Assembly: GCA_040876835.1 (NCBI GenBank)
Contig: JBBDOX010000010.1
Location: forward strand, 8,230 to 72,229
Length of the DNA stretch: 64,000 nucleotides
Direction of reading: 5' to 3'
Source of the DNA: Candidatus Anderseniibacteriota bacterium
GTDB taxonomy: Bacteria; Patescibacteriota; Andersenbacteria; UBA10190
A program made the translations under genes and the position numbers. The notes under the pieces were generated by a model. That model searched no databases and was not told the origin of the DNA. It saw only the letters and a program-made list of their open reading frames with translations. Below are positions 1 to 11,208 of the stretch, in pieces (the stretch's first letter is position 1; each line of letters starts with the position of its first letter).

Positions 1-137
1 CTGCATATGTGGTCCTTTTAGGTATTAAAGACTTCTATTTGTTGTACGCCAAATGGCTGGAGAAACGCAAATATAGTCATACACAACGCATCAGCTCCAA
101 ATTTCTTCGGAGCTGATGGGAGGGAGAGTTTATAGGG

Positions 138-1301
138 TTATTCCTGAGTTTCGGGCTCTGCTGGTTTCTCAGCTTCTTCGGCAAGTGTCGGTACTGTACT
201 TTCTTCGACTGCCTCTTTTTGCTGAGTCTGTTCCTGAGCTGCTGCTTCCGAACCAGCTTTTACGATATCAATACGCCATCCGGACAGTTTGGCTGCCAGA
301 CGAACATTTTGACCTCGTTTGCCGATTGCCAAACTTAGCTGGTCTTCGTCTACATGTGCCAAGGCTCGTTTCTCGTCTTCAAAGATATCAACTGCTACAA
401 CTCGGGCAGGCGACAGAGAGTTGGCGATGTAGTGAGCAGGATCTTCATCCCATTGAATTACATCAATTTTCTCACCGGAAAGTTCGGCAATGATTGTTTG
501 AATACGTGTGCCACGCTGGCCAATACACGCACCAACAGGATCTATGCCTTCTTCTTTAGCCCAGACGGAAATCTTTGAGCGCTCACCCGCTTCCCGGGCG
601 ATGCCCTTAATTTCTACACTGCCGGCGAAAATCTCCGGCACTTCCAGCTCAAAGAGGCGGCGTAGCATCCCCGGGTGGCTGCGGGAGAGGACAATTTCAG
701 GTCCGCGACTGGAAAGTTCAACCTTTACTACGTACACGCGAATACGCTGATTGAGACGGTAGCGCTCACCACGCACTTGTTCGCTTGGGAACAAGATGCC
801 AGTGGTACGACCAATATCAACGAAGGTCACATCGTTTTCGATTCGTTGTACGATACCAGAGATAATTTCTCCTTCTTTATCTTTATACTCTTCAAATACA
901 GCCTCACGTTCTGCCTCACGAATACGCTGGATAATAACCTGTTTGGCAGTTTGGGCTGCAACGCGGCCATAGTGAGGATCAGTTGGAGTCACTTCCTCTA
1001 CATATTCTTTACCTACTTCAGCTTCGGGATCAGTTTTTTTAGCTTCTTCAAGAAGAACCTGTGCGGCTGGATTTTCCAGATCTTCTTCGGTAGCCATCAC
1101 TGTCGTAACTTTAAAAATGCGAGCCGCCCCATCTTCTTCATTAAATTCAGCCCGAATATCCTGACCACGCTGCCCATAGTCTTTGCGGTAGGCAGCTGCT
1201 AAGGCTGCTTCAATTGTTTCAAGCACTTTTTCTTTGCTGATTCCTTTTTCGGCAACAATCTGGTCGATCGCCAAACCGAATGATCCTTGTTCTTCTGCCA
1301 T
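138..1301 (-). CDS. nusA: Transcription termination/antitermination factor NusA
   Basis: GRVAAQTAKQVIIQRIREAER, S1 domain, KH domains (IAREAGERSKI, GACIGQRG, LSLAIGKRGQNVRLAAKLSGWRIDI). Confidence 0.98.
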   Translation of the reverse strand: MAEEQGSFGLAIDQIVAEKGISKEKVLETIEAALAAAYRKDYGQRGQDIRAEFNEEDGAARIFKVTTVMATEEDLENPAAQVLLEEAKKTDPEAEVGKEYVEEVTPTDPHYGRVAAQTAKQVIIQRIREAEREAVFEEYKDKEGEIISGIVQRIENDVTFVDIGRTTGILFPSEQVRGERYRLNQRIRVYVVKVELSSRGPEIVLSRSHPGMLRRLFELEVPEIFAGSVEIKGIAREAGERSKISVWAKEEGIDPVGACIGQRGTRIQTIIAELSGEKIDVIQWDEDPAHYIANSLSPARVVAVDIFEDEKRALAHVDEDQLSLAIGKRGQNVRLAAKLSGWRIDIVKAGSEAAAQEQTQQKEAVEESTVPTLAEEAEKPAEPETQE

Positions 1302-1336
1302 AGTAGTATGAGGTTGAATACTGAGTTGTTATGAGA

Positions 1337-1400
1337 ATTCCGCGGCCTGGCCGCGGAATCTGATGCCTTCACTATAGGCTATCTGGGGGATTTCTGTCAA
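1337..1400 (-). promoter_or_regulatory. nusA promoter (TTGACA-18-TATAGT) and 5'-leader hairpin
   Basis: Minus strand TTGACA at 1400-1395 and TATAGT at 1376-1371; perfect inverted repeat attccgcggcc-t-ggccgcggaat at 1337-1359. Confidence 0.6.
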
Positions 1401-1442
1401 TTATATACCCGAGAGCAGCCGGAAAGCCCATGGTCCGGTTTT

Positions 1443-4151
1443 TTATTTAGAACTTGCAGCTCTAGGCACGGGAAGCCATGCAGGAGGTGTTTCTGGTTGC
1501 CGTATAACCAGCTTGCGCAGGTCAATGATGAAGATTGTAAGGGCTGCCATGGCTAGGATAACTCCCCAATCAGTGAGAGCTAGGGGAACGGTATGGAAGA
1601 AGGAGCGTAAGGCGGGGAGGTAAACAGCGAGCAAGTGAAGACTAAAGGAGAATGCCGCTGAAACAAATATCCATTTGTTGTTCCAAAACGTCTGGTGGAA
1701 CATCATGAATCGTAGTGACTTGAAACTCCAGACTGATAGCAAGGAGGCAACAGAAAGGAACGTAAACGCCATTGTACGGGCATACGCAAGGTCAGTATTC
1801 ATATATTGAAGTAGATACCAAAATAGACTCATAGTACCGACAGTCATAACAAGGCCGGAGAAAATAATATGGGACACTAGTGTTTTACTCAGGAGAGAGA
1901 TCTGAGGATCCTCAGGCTGGCGCTTCATAACGTCGTCCTCAGCCGGTTCCAGCGAAAGAGCAATATCTGAGGTACCGTCGGTAACCAGATTGATCCAAAG
2001 AATCTGTGTGGGTAAAAGAGGAAGGGGAAGACCAGTTAAGACGCTGACAAAGAAAATAGCTACCTCTGCTGCATTAGTGGCCAGGAGGAAGACAATCACC
2101 TTGCGGATATTATCGCGAATTACCCGACCCTCCTTAATTGCTGCTACAATAGTTGAAAAGCTATTATCAAGTAGCACTAAGTCGGCTGAATCCTTGGCGA
2201 TATCAGTACCGCTCCCCATAGCCACCCCAATATCAGCACTCTTAAGAGCAACGGCGTCGTTGACTCCGTCCCCTGTCATGGCTACCACGTGTCCCTGCTC
2301 CTGTAGAATTCGAATGATGCGTCGTTTATCTAATGGTTCTATGCGGGAAAAAATCGTAGTAGTACTCATATCTCGCGCCAACTCATCGTCTTTCATTTCC
2401 TGAAGTTTTAATCCTCCGATTGAAGTATCTTCGTTGGCAATAAGGCCTGCAGCTCGAGCCACAGCTTTGGCAGTTCCTAGATGATCCCCTGTAATGAGCT
2501 TAATCTGCACACCTGCCGATAACGTTTCCTTTATAGAGCTAGCCACGTCTTCTCGAATGGGATCCTCAATAGTAAGTACTCCCAGCAAGGTGAGGTCATG
2601 AATATCGTTGTGAGTGAGCTCTGTTTGCGTAAGATGTCTACGAACGGCGACAGCAATAAGCCGATAGCCTTGGCCGGCGAGGTGATTAATATTCTGTTCC
2701 AGGCTATGCCGGTGGGCAGAGGTACACCTTTCTACTTCATTTTGTGCATTCAAAGCCTGAGAGCTCCTTGATAGTAATACGTCAGGAGCTCCGGTGACGA
2801 AAAGCGTTTGAGTGCTCTGAGTGGGGTGATCGACCAGCGCAGCCCTATATTTCCATTCAGAGCCGAATGCTATTGCGTCACGTTTGCGCCAGCTCGTGCG
2901 CACTTCTTCCGAGTTAAGTCCAAGCTGTTCAGTAAAGAGAAGAGCGGTTCGCTCGGTGGCGGATCCAATGTATTCCTGTTCCCCGTGATTTGTCGAAGCC
3001 TTGTGAGCATCATTAGCTAAAAGCAGACCCTGCAGTGCTAGAATATGCATTGTTTCCTGCGGGGAATGTCCCATCGTAAGAGAATCGCCTTGTAGGAAGT
3101 GCAAAGCTATCGGCTTCATCTTTCCCTCAGTTAAGGTTCCCGTTTTATCAGTACAGATTACCGTAGCCGCCCCAAGTGTCTCTCCAGAACTAAGTTTACG
3201 CACCACTCCACCTTTGCGTAGGATGCGGGCTACCCCAACTGTGAGGGCGATCGTTAAAATCATAGTCAAATCTTCTGGAATGGCACTAACCATCAAAGTG
3301 ATGGCTGTGCGTCCCGCCTCTGCTATGGGGCTGCCCTGCCGTATCTCAATAATTGTAAGCAGAATTACTGCTGCAATAATGAGCCAGCCAATTTGAATAC
3401 CTTTTTTTTGCAGCTTCTTACGCAATGGAGAATCTGGTGATCGCTGCTCACGTAAGACTTGAGCAATTTTTCCAAATTCAGTGCGCGTCCCCGTGTGAGT
3501 AACAACAGCCTCCCCTGTTCCGCTGATGATAATCGTGCCCGCAAGCAGCATATTTGCTCGGTTGCTGAGAGGGGTTTTAGTAGAGATAGGATGAGTATGC
3601 TTTTCAACATCGCCCGACTCTCCAGTTAGAGCAGCCTCCTGGGCACGGACTCCCTGAGCTTTAATGAGGCGGGCGTCAGCCGGTACCCGTTCCCCCGCTC
3701 GAAATTCAATGATGTCTCCAGGAACAAGCTCAGCGGAGGATACTGAAGATGACCTTCCATTACGACGAACGGTAATAGTATCCTCGATTCTCTGACGCAT
3801 GCGGGCAAGAGTTTGTTCCGTCCGCCACACCTGAACAAAGCTCAGCGAAACATCAATCAGAATAGCGATAGCGATAATGATTACATCCTCAGTGTGGCCA
3901 ATCAGAAAAGATACTACGGCCGCCGCCACAAGTAGCAAGACCAAGACATCACGGAAGCGCTCAAGAAACATCCACAGCAAACGATGCTTACGGGCTTTTG
4001 GCAGTTCGTTTCTGCCCAGCTGTTCCGTGCGCTTTTTAACTTCTCTAGTAGAAAGCCCCTGGTCAGCTCGAACACTCAAAGCGTTAAGAACATCGGCACG
4101 CTTCATCCGATACGGCTGAAACGATTCCTGACTAGGGAAGGACTTAATCAT
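1443..4151 (-). CDS. Cation-transporting P-type ATPase (type II, Ca2+-ATPase-like)
   Basis: TGES, DKTGT phosphorylation motif, TGD, GDGVNDA, WINLVTDG; start placed at ATG 4151, 6 nt after TACAAT (ORF track starts at 4169). Confidence 0.95.
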   Translation of the reverse strand: MIKSFPSQESFQPYRMKRADVLNALSVRADQGLSTREVKKRTEQLGRNELPKARKHRLLWMFLERFRDVLVLLLVAAAVVSFLIGHTEDVIIIAIAILIDVSLSFVQVWRTEQTLARMRQRIEDTITVRRNGRSSSVSSAELVPGDIIEFRAGERVPADARLIKAQGVRAQEAALTGESGDVEKHTHPISTKTPLSNRANMLLAGTIIISGTGEAVVTHTGTRTEFGKIAQVLREQRSPDSPLRKKLQKKGIQIGWLIIAAVILLTIIEIRQGSPIAEAGRTAITLMVSAIPEDLTMILTIALTVGVARILRKGGVVRKLSSGETLGAATVICTDKTGTLTEGKMKPIALHFLQGDSLTMGHSPQETMHILALQGLLLANDAHKASTNHGEQEYIGSATERTALLFTEQLGLNSEEVRTSWRKRDAIAFGSEWKYRAALVDHPTQSTQTLFVTGAPDVLLSRSSQALNAQNEVERCTSAHRHSLEQNINHLAGQGYRLIAVAVRRHLTQTELTHNDIHDLTLLGVLTIEDPIREDVASSIKETLSAGVQIKLITGDHLGTAKAVARAAGLIANEDTSIGGLKLQEMKDDELARDMSTTTIFSRIEPLDKRRIIRILQEQGHVVAMTGDGVNDAVALKSADIGVAMGSGTDIAKDSADLVLLDNSFSTIVAAIKEGRVIRDNIRKVIVFLLATNAAEVAIFFVSVLTGLPLPLLPTQILWINLVTDGTSDIALSLEPAEDDVMKRQPEDPQISLLSKTLVSHIIFSGLVMTVGTMSLFWYLLQYMNTDLAYARTMAFTFLSVASLLSVWSFKSLRFMMFHQTFWNNKWIFVSAAFSFSLHLLAVYLPALRSFFHTVPLALTDWGVILAMAALTIFIIDLRKLVIRQPETPPAWLPVPRAASSK

Positions 4152-4205
4152 CTTCCTATTGTACAGCATCTGTCTCTGAAACTGCGAGGCGGAACAGTCT
4201 CTACG

Positions 4206-5459
4206 TTACCGTCGTCCCTCTAGTTGAAACCTAGTGTGAGACATAGTGTGTGCAACTATAAGGAGCAGAATGAGAAAAAAAGTCTGTGTGTAATAAAAGT
4301 GATCAAGCAAAAGAAGGGGTAAAAGAGGAGCCATAAAAAGCAGAGCACTTCTATGTCGGGCGATGAACCAGGACAAGATGATAAGAATAAGTGCACCCCC
4401 TAATATGAGTCCATGCTCACTCAGAAGCAGGAATGGAACAGAGTGGACAGGAGCTATTTGCCAAGACATATACGATTCATCATGCGAGTCCAGATACTCC
4501 TTAAGAGCAGATCTATACTGACCAGGACCCACTCCCCAAAATGGATGTTCACGTATAATGTTCAATGACCACACTAGTCCAAGAGAACGATCCGAGACTG
4601 CTTTGTCTTCAGAGTCAGAAATCCGACTGACGAAAAGGGGAGAAAATACCAAGGCTATCGCAAGAAATGCTACAACAATACTGCCTAGAATTTTTTGCAG
4701 AACTTCCCGTGTTTGCCTGAGGGTTGCTGTAATGACTAACCACAGAAAGAGACCTAGAATTCCAGCCCGGGAAAAGCTTACAGCAACGGCTAATGCAAAC
4801 ATCATGATAAGCGAGAGGCCCGTAGCTGAGGTTAGTGAAACGTCCTTTGATCCGCGTACGTGGGAGAGCAGCCAGGGTACGAGGATCAGTCCGGACAAAG
4901 CCGCCCCGCTATATGGATTTGCATGAGGGTAGGGACCATACCCTCTGATCAACTTCCCATCACTATAAGAAGAGGCAAATTTCGCTACTCCTGGAAGAGC
5001 GGAGGTGAGCTGAGATTCTCCCAGATGCTGAAAATTAAAATCGTGTTGAACTATAAATTGTCCCACCCCCCACTGTGCGAAAATACTAAGGACTCCTATG
5101 AGTGTAGTCACGAGAATAATCCGCTGAGTCGGCACAAGGTTAATAAACAGGACGCCAAAGGCAATTACTTCGGTGGCGTGGAGGAGAAAGGCAGATGTGC
5201 CATGTCCGGCAATGCTCAGTAACAGAAAGAATAAAATTCCAAGGACAACAACCCGAACACTCCAGTTGCTCATGTCTCTTCCGATAGTCTTGAGTCGAGC
5301 ACCAAAAATAAACACCAGAACGAGCAGCAGTAGCCAGCCCAAGTCGTTCCATAATCGACTGACAGGCAGAAAAAACGGCAACGTTGTATTCTGAAGTGGA
5401 AGCAATCCAAGCGCAGCGACAAGGGAGAACAGAAGTAGTGGGGAGAGAGTAATCATCAC
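4206..5459 (-). CDS. O-antigen ligase (Wzy_C)-family membrane protein
   Basis: Multi-TM; R.YG...HAN, SFSRAG, HPFWGVGPG, PVHS..L..LSE.G motifs. Confidence 0.8.
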   Translation of the reverse strand: MMITLSPLLLFSLVAALGLLPLQNTTLPFFLPVSRLWNDLGWLLLLVLVFIFGARLKTIGRDMSNWSVRVVVLGILFFLLLSIAGHGTSAFLLHATEVIAFGVLFINLVPTQRIILVTTLIGVLSIFAQWGVGQFIVQHDFNFQHLGESQLTSALPGVAKFASSYSDGKLIRGYGPYPHANPYSGAALSGLILVPWLLSHVRGSKDVSLTSATGLSLIMMFALAVAVSFSRAGILGLFLWLVITATLRQTREVLQKILGSIVVAFLAIALVFSPLFVSRISDSEDKAVSDRSLGLVWSLNIIREHPFWGVGPGQYRSALKEYLDSHDESYMSWQIAPVHSVPFLLLSEHGLILGGALILIILSWFIARHRSALLFMAPLLPLLLLDHFYYTQTFFLILLLIVAHTMSHTRFQLEGRR

Positions 5460-5537
5460 TAAAAGTATTTCATATTCCTTGGCAAAGAACTATTGATTGG
5501 ATAGTAATCTTGAGGTATTTTATGGAAATCTTATTCA

Positions 5538-5610
5538 GGGCTCATAGCTCAGTTGGTAGAGCGTTCCCATGGCATGGGAGAGGCCGGGAGTTCGAATCTC
5601 CCTGAGTCCA
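5538..5610 (+). tRNA. tRNA-Ala(GGC)
   Basis: Cloverleaf GGGCTCA/TGAGTCC with G3:U70, anticodon GGC, TTCGAAT T-loop. Confidence 0.97.
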
Positions 5611-5634
5611 CAATGGGGTATCGGTCTTTGTGAA

Positions 5635-5671
5635 AATAAAAACAGCTCGTGGATTACGAGCTGTTTTTATT
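5635..5671. terminator. Bidirectional intrinsic terminator between tRNA-Ala and rpsA
   Basis: Perfect 16-bp inverted repeat aataaaaacagctcgt/acgagctgtttttatt between convergent genes. Confidence 0.9.
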
Positions 5672-5686
5672 ACCTTATACTTTTAC

Positions 5687-6841
5687 CTATTTTTCTTCCT
5701 CTGAGTCTTCTTTCTTTTTAGAGTCCTTCTTTTTGTTTGTTGCTCGTAGGCTTAGTCCCAAGCGATGTTCTTTGGGTTCAAGAGAGATGATAGTGAAGGT
5801 CTTCGTTTCTCCTGCAGTCAGCAATGATGTTGGATCCTTCTGAGCCTCTTCAGGAAGTTCAGAGATATGTACGAGGCCATGAATCTGATCATCTAGTTTG
5901 ATGAATCCTCCGAAAGGTGTCACCTTTAGCACTTCCCCTTCTACCTTCTCGCCTACTTTGTACGTATCAGTTACCTTCGTCCAAGGGTCTTCTTCAAGCT
6001 GCTTAATAGAAAGTGAGATTCTCAGGCCATCATCAACGCCAATTACTTTCGCTTTCACCTTCTGCCCTACCTGAACAAAATCTCCGGGGCTATCAATTCG
6101 CTGCCAGGCGAGTTCAGAGATATGAACAAGCCCTTCAAGTTCTTGTCCACTCTCCTCGAATTTTACGAAAGCACCGAAGTCGACAATTCCACTTACTACT
6201 CCCTCTACAATTTTACCTTCGCCAAGCTTATCAAGAGTAGAACTAATCTCGTCACTGACAGCACTTTTCTCGGACACAATAAGTTTCTCTTCTTCCTGAT
6301 CCAAGTTAATAACTTTTACAGTGAATTTTTGTCCCACGTAGCTCTTCAGCTTCTCAAGAATCTTATTCTTATCCCCACCCTCTACTCGTGGATAGTGATC
6401 AGGAGCTAATTGGGAAACAGGGAGAAAGCCGGTGACCCCGCTGACGCGAACCATTAAACCACCCTTATTGGCATCCATGATCTCCGTTTCAAAAGCAGTC
6501 TCCTGGGTGAGCTTATGTTTAAGTTCCTCCCAACTACGTTCTCGGGTAGCCGAACGCAGAGATAGCTCAACATAACCATCCTCATTATCTACTTCCTGGA
6601 CAGTCGCCTGAACAATATCGCCGATTTTTGCTGTTTCAAAAGTATCAATATCGTCAAATAGCTCTCGTCCATAAATTACTCCAACACCAAGCTGGCCAAT
6701 GTCGATATACATTGCATTGCTTGTTTTTTCGATAATAGTCCCCGTTAAAATTTCTCCACGTGTTGGTACATGGAGGAGATTCTCGTGCTTTTCCAGCAGG
6801 GTTTCCATAACCGCCTGCTTTTTAGTAGTTTTTGTTGCCAT
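5687..6841 (-). CDS. rpsA: 30S ribosomal protein S1 (four S1 domains)
   Basis: Repeated S1 motifs (NKGGL, GFLPVSQL, DFGAFV, GLVHISEL twice). Confidence 0.93.
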   Translation of the reverse strand: MATKTTKKQAVMETLLEKHENLLHVPTRGEILTGTIIEKTSNAMYIDIGQLGVGVIYGRELFDDIDTFETAKIGDIVQATVQEVDNEDGYVELSLRSATRERSWEELKHKLTQETAFETEIMDANKGGLMVRVSGVTGFLPVSQLAPDHYPRVEGGDKNKILEKLKSYVGQKFTVKVINLDQEEEKLIVSEKSAVSDEISSTLDKLGEGKIVEGVVSGIVDFGAFVKFEESGQELEGLVHISELAWQRIDSPGDFVQVGQKVKAKVIGVDDGLRISLSIKQLEEDPWTKVTDTYKVGEKVEGEVLKVTPFGGFIKLDDQIHGLVHISELPEEAQKDPTSLLTAGETKTFTIISLEPKEHRLGLSLRATNKKKDSKKKEDSEEEK

Positions 6842-7090
6842 GAGATTAGTACTGTTTGACTAGCCGTAGTGGGTAGGAAGCTCGGATGTCTCATCCCTCT
6901 ACATTATAAAGATAGCGGGCTAGTCAAGGTTAAGGGTTAAATAATGCTTTATTCCAATAAGGGGAATACCGCGTCTCACGCTATCCAAGACGGAATGATG
7001 ATGCCATACAGAATGGTTAAAGTCAAAGATATGATTTTTCATCCAACAAAGGGCTTCCGCAAAGGGATATTCTCGTATAGTATATGTCCT

Positions 7091-7720
7091 ATGCAGATCA
7101 CCTGGCATGGCCAATACACTATAAAGATTACTTCGAAGGACGCAATCGTAGTTCTGGATCCATATTCGCCTGATGTGGGACTTCCTCCTTTTCGTGCGAA
7201 GGCTGATATTGTTTCGTTGACTAATCCAAGCGATAGTTCAATGAGCCACCTTGGTGCGATCCAGGGAGACCCTCTTATTGTAAACACTCCAGGAGAATAC
7301 TCATTCCGAGGGCTCTCTATGAATGCTCAATCGTGGTACACCGAGGACGGTGTGGAGCGGAACATTCAGCTGTGGCAGATAGAAGGTATGACACTTGTGC
7401 ACCTAGGCGCTCTTAATAGAGAGCTTACCGATAAAGAGCTGCAGGATCTCGAGCGGACCGGTATTGATATTCTACTAATTTCTGTTGGTGGTCAGAGTGG
7501 TTTAAATACAGAACAGGCTTTGAGCTTCATTACAACACTTGAGCCACGCGTTGTTATCCCTATTCACTACAAGCTGCCAAAGCTAAAGGAAGCGTTGGAT
7601 CCGGTTGACCAGTTTGCCAAAGAGATGGGCGTAAGTTCGTCACAAAAGGAAAGTAAGGTGATACTGAAGGCAAGTAAATTGCCGCAGGAGGATATGGATA
7701 CTATTATTCTCGCCGCCTAA
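7091..7720 (+). CDS. MBL-fold metallo-hydrolase (Lactamase_B_3-like), metal motif partly degenerate
   Basis: MQITWHGQ, DPY, PGEYS, HLG, VIPIHY; start at ATG 7091 after TATAGT. Confidence 0.8.
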   Translation: MQITWHGQYTIKITSKDAIVVLDPYSPDVGLPPFRAKADIVSLTNPSDSSMSHLGAIQGDPLIVNTPGEYSFRGLSMNAQSWYTEDGVERNIQLWQIEGMTLVHLGALNRELTDKELQDLERTGIDILLISVGGQSGLNTEQALSFITTLEPRVVIPIHYKLPKLKEALDPVDQFAKEMGVSSSQKESKVILKASKLPQEDMDTIILAA

Positions 7721-7735
7721 AACCAGTATTTATAT

Positions 7736-8086
7736 ATGAAGAAGCGAATCCAAAGGAAAATCGAAGATCTTCGTGAGCAGCCAGAGCATATCCGGTTTCG
7801 TACCGCATCCTATATGACAATTATCGGGGGAGTCGTGATCGTGTTGATCTGGCTACTTATTCTTCTACCAATACAGCTGCGGCTTAATCGCGAAGAACCA
7901 GAAAATAATATAGTGACCGATAACACCCAATTAGACACTGCCACTTTCTTTCAGACGCCAACTCCGCAAGTTGGTGGGGCTCAAGACCTACAGTTTAATA
8001 CTGTACCAACACCGGAAAGTCCTTTACCTATTACCCCCTCCGCAACCCCCGAAGCATCTACGAACCCCTTACCTCTTAGCGAATAG
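7736..8086 (+). CDS. Hypothetical single-TM protein with Pro/Thr-rich tail
   Basis: ORF packed between MBL gene and gyrA; one hydrophobic helix. Confidence 0.7.
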   Translation: MKKRIQRKIEDLREQPEHIRFRTASYMTIIGGVVIVLIWLLILLPIQLRLNREEPENNIVTDNTQLDTATFFQTPTPQVGGAQDLQFNTVPTPESPLPITPSATPEASTNPLPLSE

Positions 8087-8094
8087 TCCACACT

Positions 8095-10596
8095 ATGGCC
8101 AAAAGACCCCCAGCTACTGAGACGCAAAGACCTGATCTAATTGGAAAACTTATTGATCAAGGTCTTTCTGACGAAATTCAGCGTAGCTATCTAGATTACG
8201 CCATGAGCGTTATCGTTTCTCGCGCACTACCAGATGTGCGAGACGGGATGAAGCCTGTTGCTCGCCGTATTTTGTATGTGATGTGGAGGCAGGGATTACG
8301 TTCCACTGCCAAGTTGCGCAAATCAGCGAACGTCGTCGGTGAAGTGCTGGGACGCTATCACCCGCACGGTGATCTAGCAGTCTATGACGCACTCGCACGT
8401 TTAGTCCAAGACTTCTCATTGCGCTATCCACTTATCGACGGACAGGGAAATTGGGGAAGCATTGACGGTGACTCTCCCGCAGCGATGCGATATACCGAAT
8501 CTCGTCTGGCAAAGATTGCTGATGAGATGCTATTTGATATTGAAAAGCAAACAGTTGATTTTACTGATAACTATGATGGAACTCGCCAAGAGCCAGTAGT
8601 ATTGCCCAGTCGTATCCCCCAGTTTTTATTGAATGGAACAGTGGGTATCGCTGTTGGTATGGCTACCAACGTTCCTCCGCATAACTTAACAGAGCTGTGC
8701 GAAGCATCGATACACCTTATTGAAAACCCCGACGCTACTGTTGAAGATTTGATGAAATTCGTAAAAGGACCGGACTTCCCAACCGGAGCCGCAATTTACA
8801 ATAAGCAGGAAATTCTTCAGGCATACGCGACCGGCAAAGGCAGCATTGTTATGCGAGCTCTGGCTGATATTGAAGAAGATGCTAGGGGCTCACATCGCAT
8901 TATTGTCCGCGAGATTCCGTATCTAGTAAATAAGGCTACGCTCATTACCAAGATTGCTGCTGGAGTAAAAGAGGGACGTTTAGAAGGAATTCGCGATTTA
9001 CGGGATGAGTCTGATAAAGATGGAATCCGCATACTGATTGAACTGAAGAAGGATGCCTATCCTAAAAAGGTTCTCAACCAGCTCTTCTCTGCCACCGATT
9101 TACAGAAGACGTTCCATGTCAATATGTTGGCATTAGTGGAACGTGGCCGTCAGCCTAAGGTATTAACCTTGAAAGAGGTTTTAAAGGAACATACGAATCA
9201 TCGTCAGGAAGTTATTCGTCGACGGACGCAGTTCGATCTCGACCGGGCTCTCGAACGGGCACATATATTAGAGGGACTAAAGAAAGCTCTTGATCATATC
9301 GATGAAATTATTGCCACGATAAAAAAGAGCCGCAACCGGGAAACTGCTCATGAGAACCTTCGTAAGGATTTTCGACTGTCTGATGCCCAGGCAACAGCGA
9401 TTTTAGAAATGCGATTGCAGACGCTGTCGGGTCTGGAGCGCAAAAAGGTAGAGGATGAATTAAAGGAGAAGAAGAAGCTCATTAAAGAGTTGGAAAGTAT
9501 TCTTGCTGATCCTAAAAAAGTACTGGGAATGATTAAAGATGATTATAAGTTAATGATTGATCAGTACGGAGATGAGCGACGTACTCGCGTATTTGCCCAA
9601 GCTGTTGGGGATTTTTCGCAGGAGGATTTAGTTCCTGATGATCCGACGTTGGTAACTATTACTCGTGGCGGTTACATAAAACGCTTGGCAGTGAGCACGT
9701 ACCAGGTCCAGAGACGTGGTGGTAAAGGCGTGCGTGGCATGACCACGAAAGAAGAGGATGTAGTCGATATCTTCTTGGCCACTACAACCCACAAGCAACT
9801 GCTCTTCTTTACTAACCTGGGACGGGTATTTTCAGCACGAGCCTATGAGATTCCAGCCACCGCGCGGGCTGCAAAGGGGCAGGCCGTACAGAACTTCCTG
9901 GAGATGGCCCCAAATGAAAAAGTAACGGCTATGCAGGCACTGCCAGCCAAAGAAGATGCTGGTGAGTATCTGGTAATGGCGACACGCAACGGTTTGATAA
10001 AGAAGACATCCCGGGAGGACTTCCTGAATATTCGCCGTAGCGGTTTAAAGGCTATTACAGTTAGAGAAGGAGATGCACTTGAGTGGGTGGCAGTATCTTC
10101 CGGCAAGGACGAAGTTATGCTAGTGACTAGAAATGGTCAGGCCGTGCGCTTCCCGGAAAAGGACGTACGCCCAATGGGTCGCACAGCTGCTGGTGTAATC
10201 GGGATGCGGCTTAAGAAGAGCGATGAGATTGTTGCTATGTATGTCTTTTCACCTACGGATGCCAAGAGTCTTGAAATAATGGTTGTAACCGAACAGGGGT
10301 ATGGCAAGCGCACTCCGGTTAAGGAGTATCGTACACAGAAGCGAGGCGGGTCTGGTATCAAGACTGCCAGCATTACGGCAAAAACGGGGGCTATTGTGAA
10401 TGCGGCTCTCATAAACATGGAAGAGTTGAAAGACACTGATCTGCTTATTATCTCCGAAAAAGGACAAGTTATTCGTATTGCAACCGACAGTATCAGCAAA
10501 CAGGGGCGAGCCACTCAAGGTGTTCGCGTGATGAAGGCATCGGATAAAAGCGGAAAAGTAGCGACCTTTACCACCTGGACCGAGGTAGACGAATAG
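8095..10596 (+). CDS. gyrA: DNA gyrase subunit A
   Basis: [34 protein letters not shown] catalytic Tyr, GyrA-box QRRGGKG, C-terminal pinwheel repeats. Confidence 0.98.
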   Translation: MAKRPPATETQRPDLIGKLIDQGLSDEIQRSYLDYAMSVIVSRALPDVRDGMKPVARRILYVMWRQGLRSTAKLRKSANVVGEVLGRYHPHGDLAVYDALARLVQDFSLRYPLIDGQGNWGSIDGDSPAAMRYTESRLAKIADEMLFDIEKQTVDFTDNYDGTRQEPVVLPSRIPQFLLNGTVGIAVGMATNVPPHNLTELCEASIHLIENPDATVEDLMKFVKGPDFPTGAAIYNKQEILQAYATGKGSIVMRALADIEEDARGSHRIIVREIPYLVNKATLITKIAAGVKEGRLEGIRDLRDESDKDGIRILIELKKDAYPKKVLNQLFSATDLQKTFHVNMLALVERGRQPKVLTLKEVLKEHTNHRQEVIRRRTQFDLDRALERAHILEGLKKALDHIDEIIATIKKSRNRETAHENLRKDFRLSDAQATAILEMRLQTLSGLERKKVEDELKEKKKLIKELESILADPKKVLGMIKDDYKLMIDQYGDERRTRVFAQAVGDFSQEDLVPDDPTLVTITRGGYIKRLAVSTYQVQRRGGKGVRGMTTKEEDVVDIFLATTTHKQLLFFTNLGRVFSARAYEIPATARAAKGQAVQNFLEMAPNEKVTAMQALPAKEDAGEYLVMATRNGLIKKTSREDFLNIRRSGLKAITVREGDALEWVAVSSGKDEVMLVTRNGQAVRFPEKDVRPMGRTAAGVIGMRLKKSDEIVAMYVFSPTDAKSLEIMVVTEQGYGKRTPVKEYRTQKRGGSGIKTASITAKTGAIVNAALINMEELKDTDLLIISEKGQVIRIATDSISKQGRATQGVRVMKASDKSGKVATFTTWTEVDE

Positions 10597-10661
10597 TAGT
10601 ACCTGTCCTGTGGATAGGAATGAGTTCAGCTGAAGGCGAGCTCTGTGGTATTCTATATCCC

Positions 10662-11204
10662 ATGACAGAGGATCGATCCTTCATTCGACCAGAAGACTTG
10701 TGGCGTCAGCTGGGACTACGAGCAGAACAGGTGGTTGTTCACTTTGGAGTAGGCGCGGGATTCTATCTCCTGCCAGCTGCCCATATTGTTGGCAAGCACG
10801 GAAAAGCTATTGGCATCGATGTATTACCAGACATGCTGGCTGAAGCAGAGAGTCGTGCCAAGCGCGAGAACGTTGAAGGGATTGTACGTATCATGCGGGC
10901 AAACCTGGAAAACGAAAAAGGTAGTTCACTGCTGGACAACACCGCAGACTGGGTACTGCTGGCAAATATTATTTATCAGTCCGATCTTCCCAAGATCTTA
11001 AAGGAAGCAGCTCGAGTTGTTGCAGCTAATGGACACGTGGTGATAGTTGGATGGGATGTAGCGGCCAGCCCCTTTGGCCCACCGGTCGGTCAGCGAATCC
11101 CTGCTCAAACAATACAAGAAACTGCCGCCGTGGCGGGTCTTCATTTGACTAAACAGTTTGCCCCCAGCCCGTATCACTACGCTCTCGTGCTATCTAAGAG
11201 CTAA
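10662..11204 (+). CDS. Class I SAM-dependent methyltransferase
   Basis: VVHFGVGAGFY motif I, GIDV, SPYHY C-terminal motif. Confidence 0.8.
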   Translation: MTEDRSFIRPEDLWRQLGLRAEQVVVHFGVGAGFYLLPAAHIVGKHGKAIGIDVLPDMLAEAESRAKRENVEGIVRIMRANLENEKGSSLLDNTADWVLLANIIYQSDLPKILKEAARVVAANGHVVIVGWDVAASPFGPPVGQRIPAQTIQETAAVAGLHLTKQFAPSPYHYALVLSKS

Positions 11205-11208
11205 AGGT

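Noticed and set aside
1-20. Start of a minus-strand gene downstream of nusA (ATG at 6-4 with AAGGA upstream)
   Set aside because: Only two codons are inside the window, so it cannot be identified
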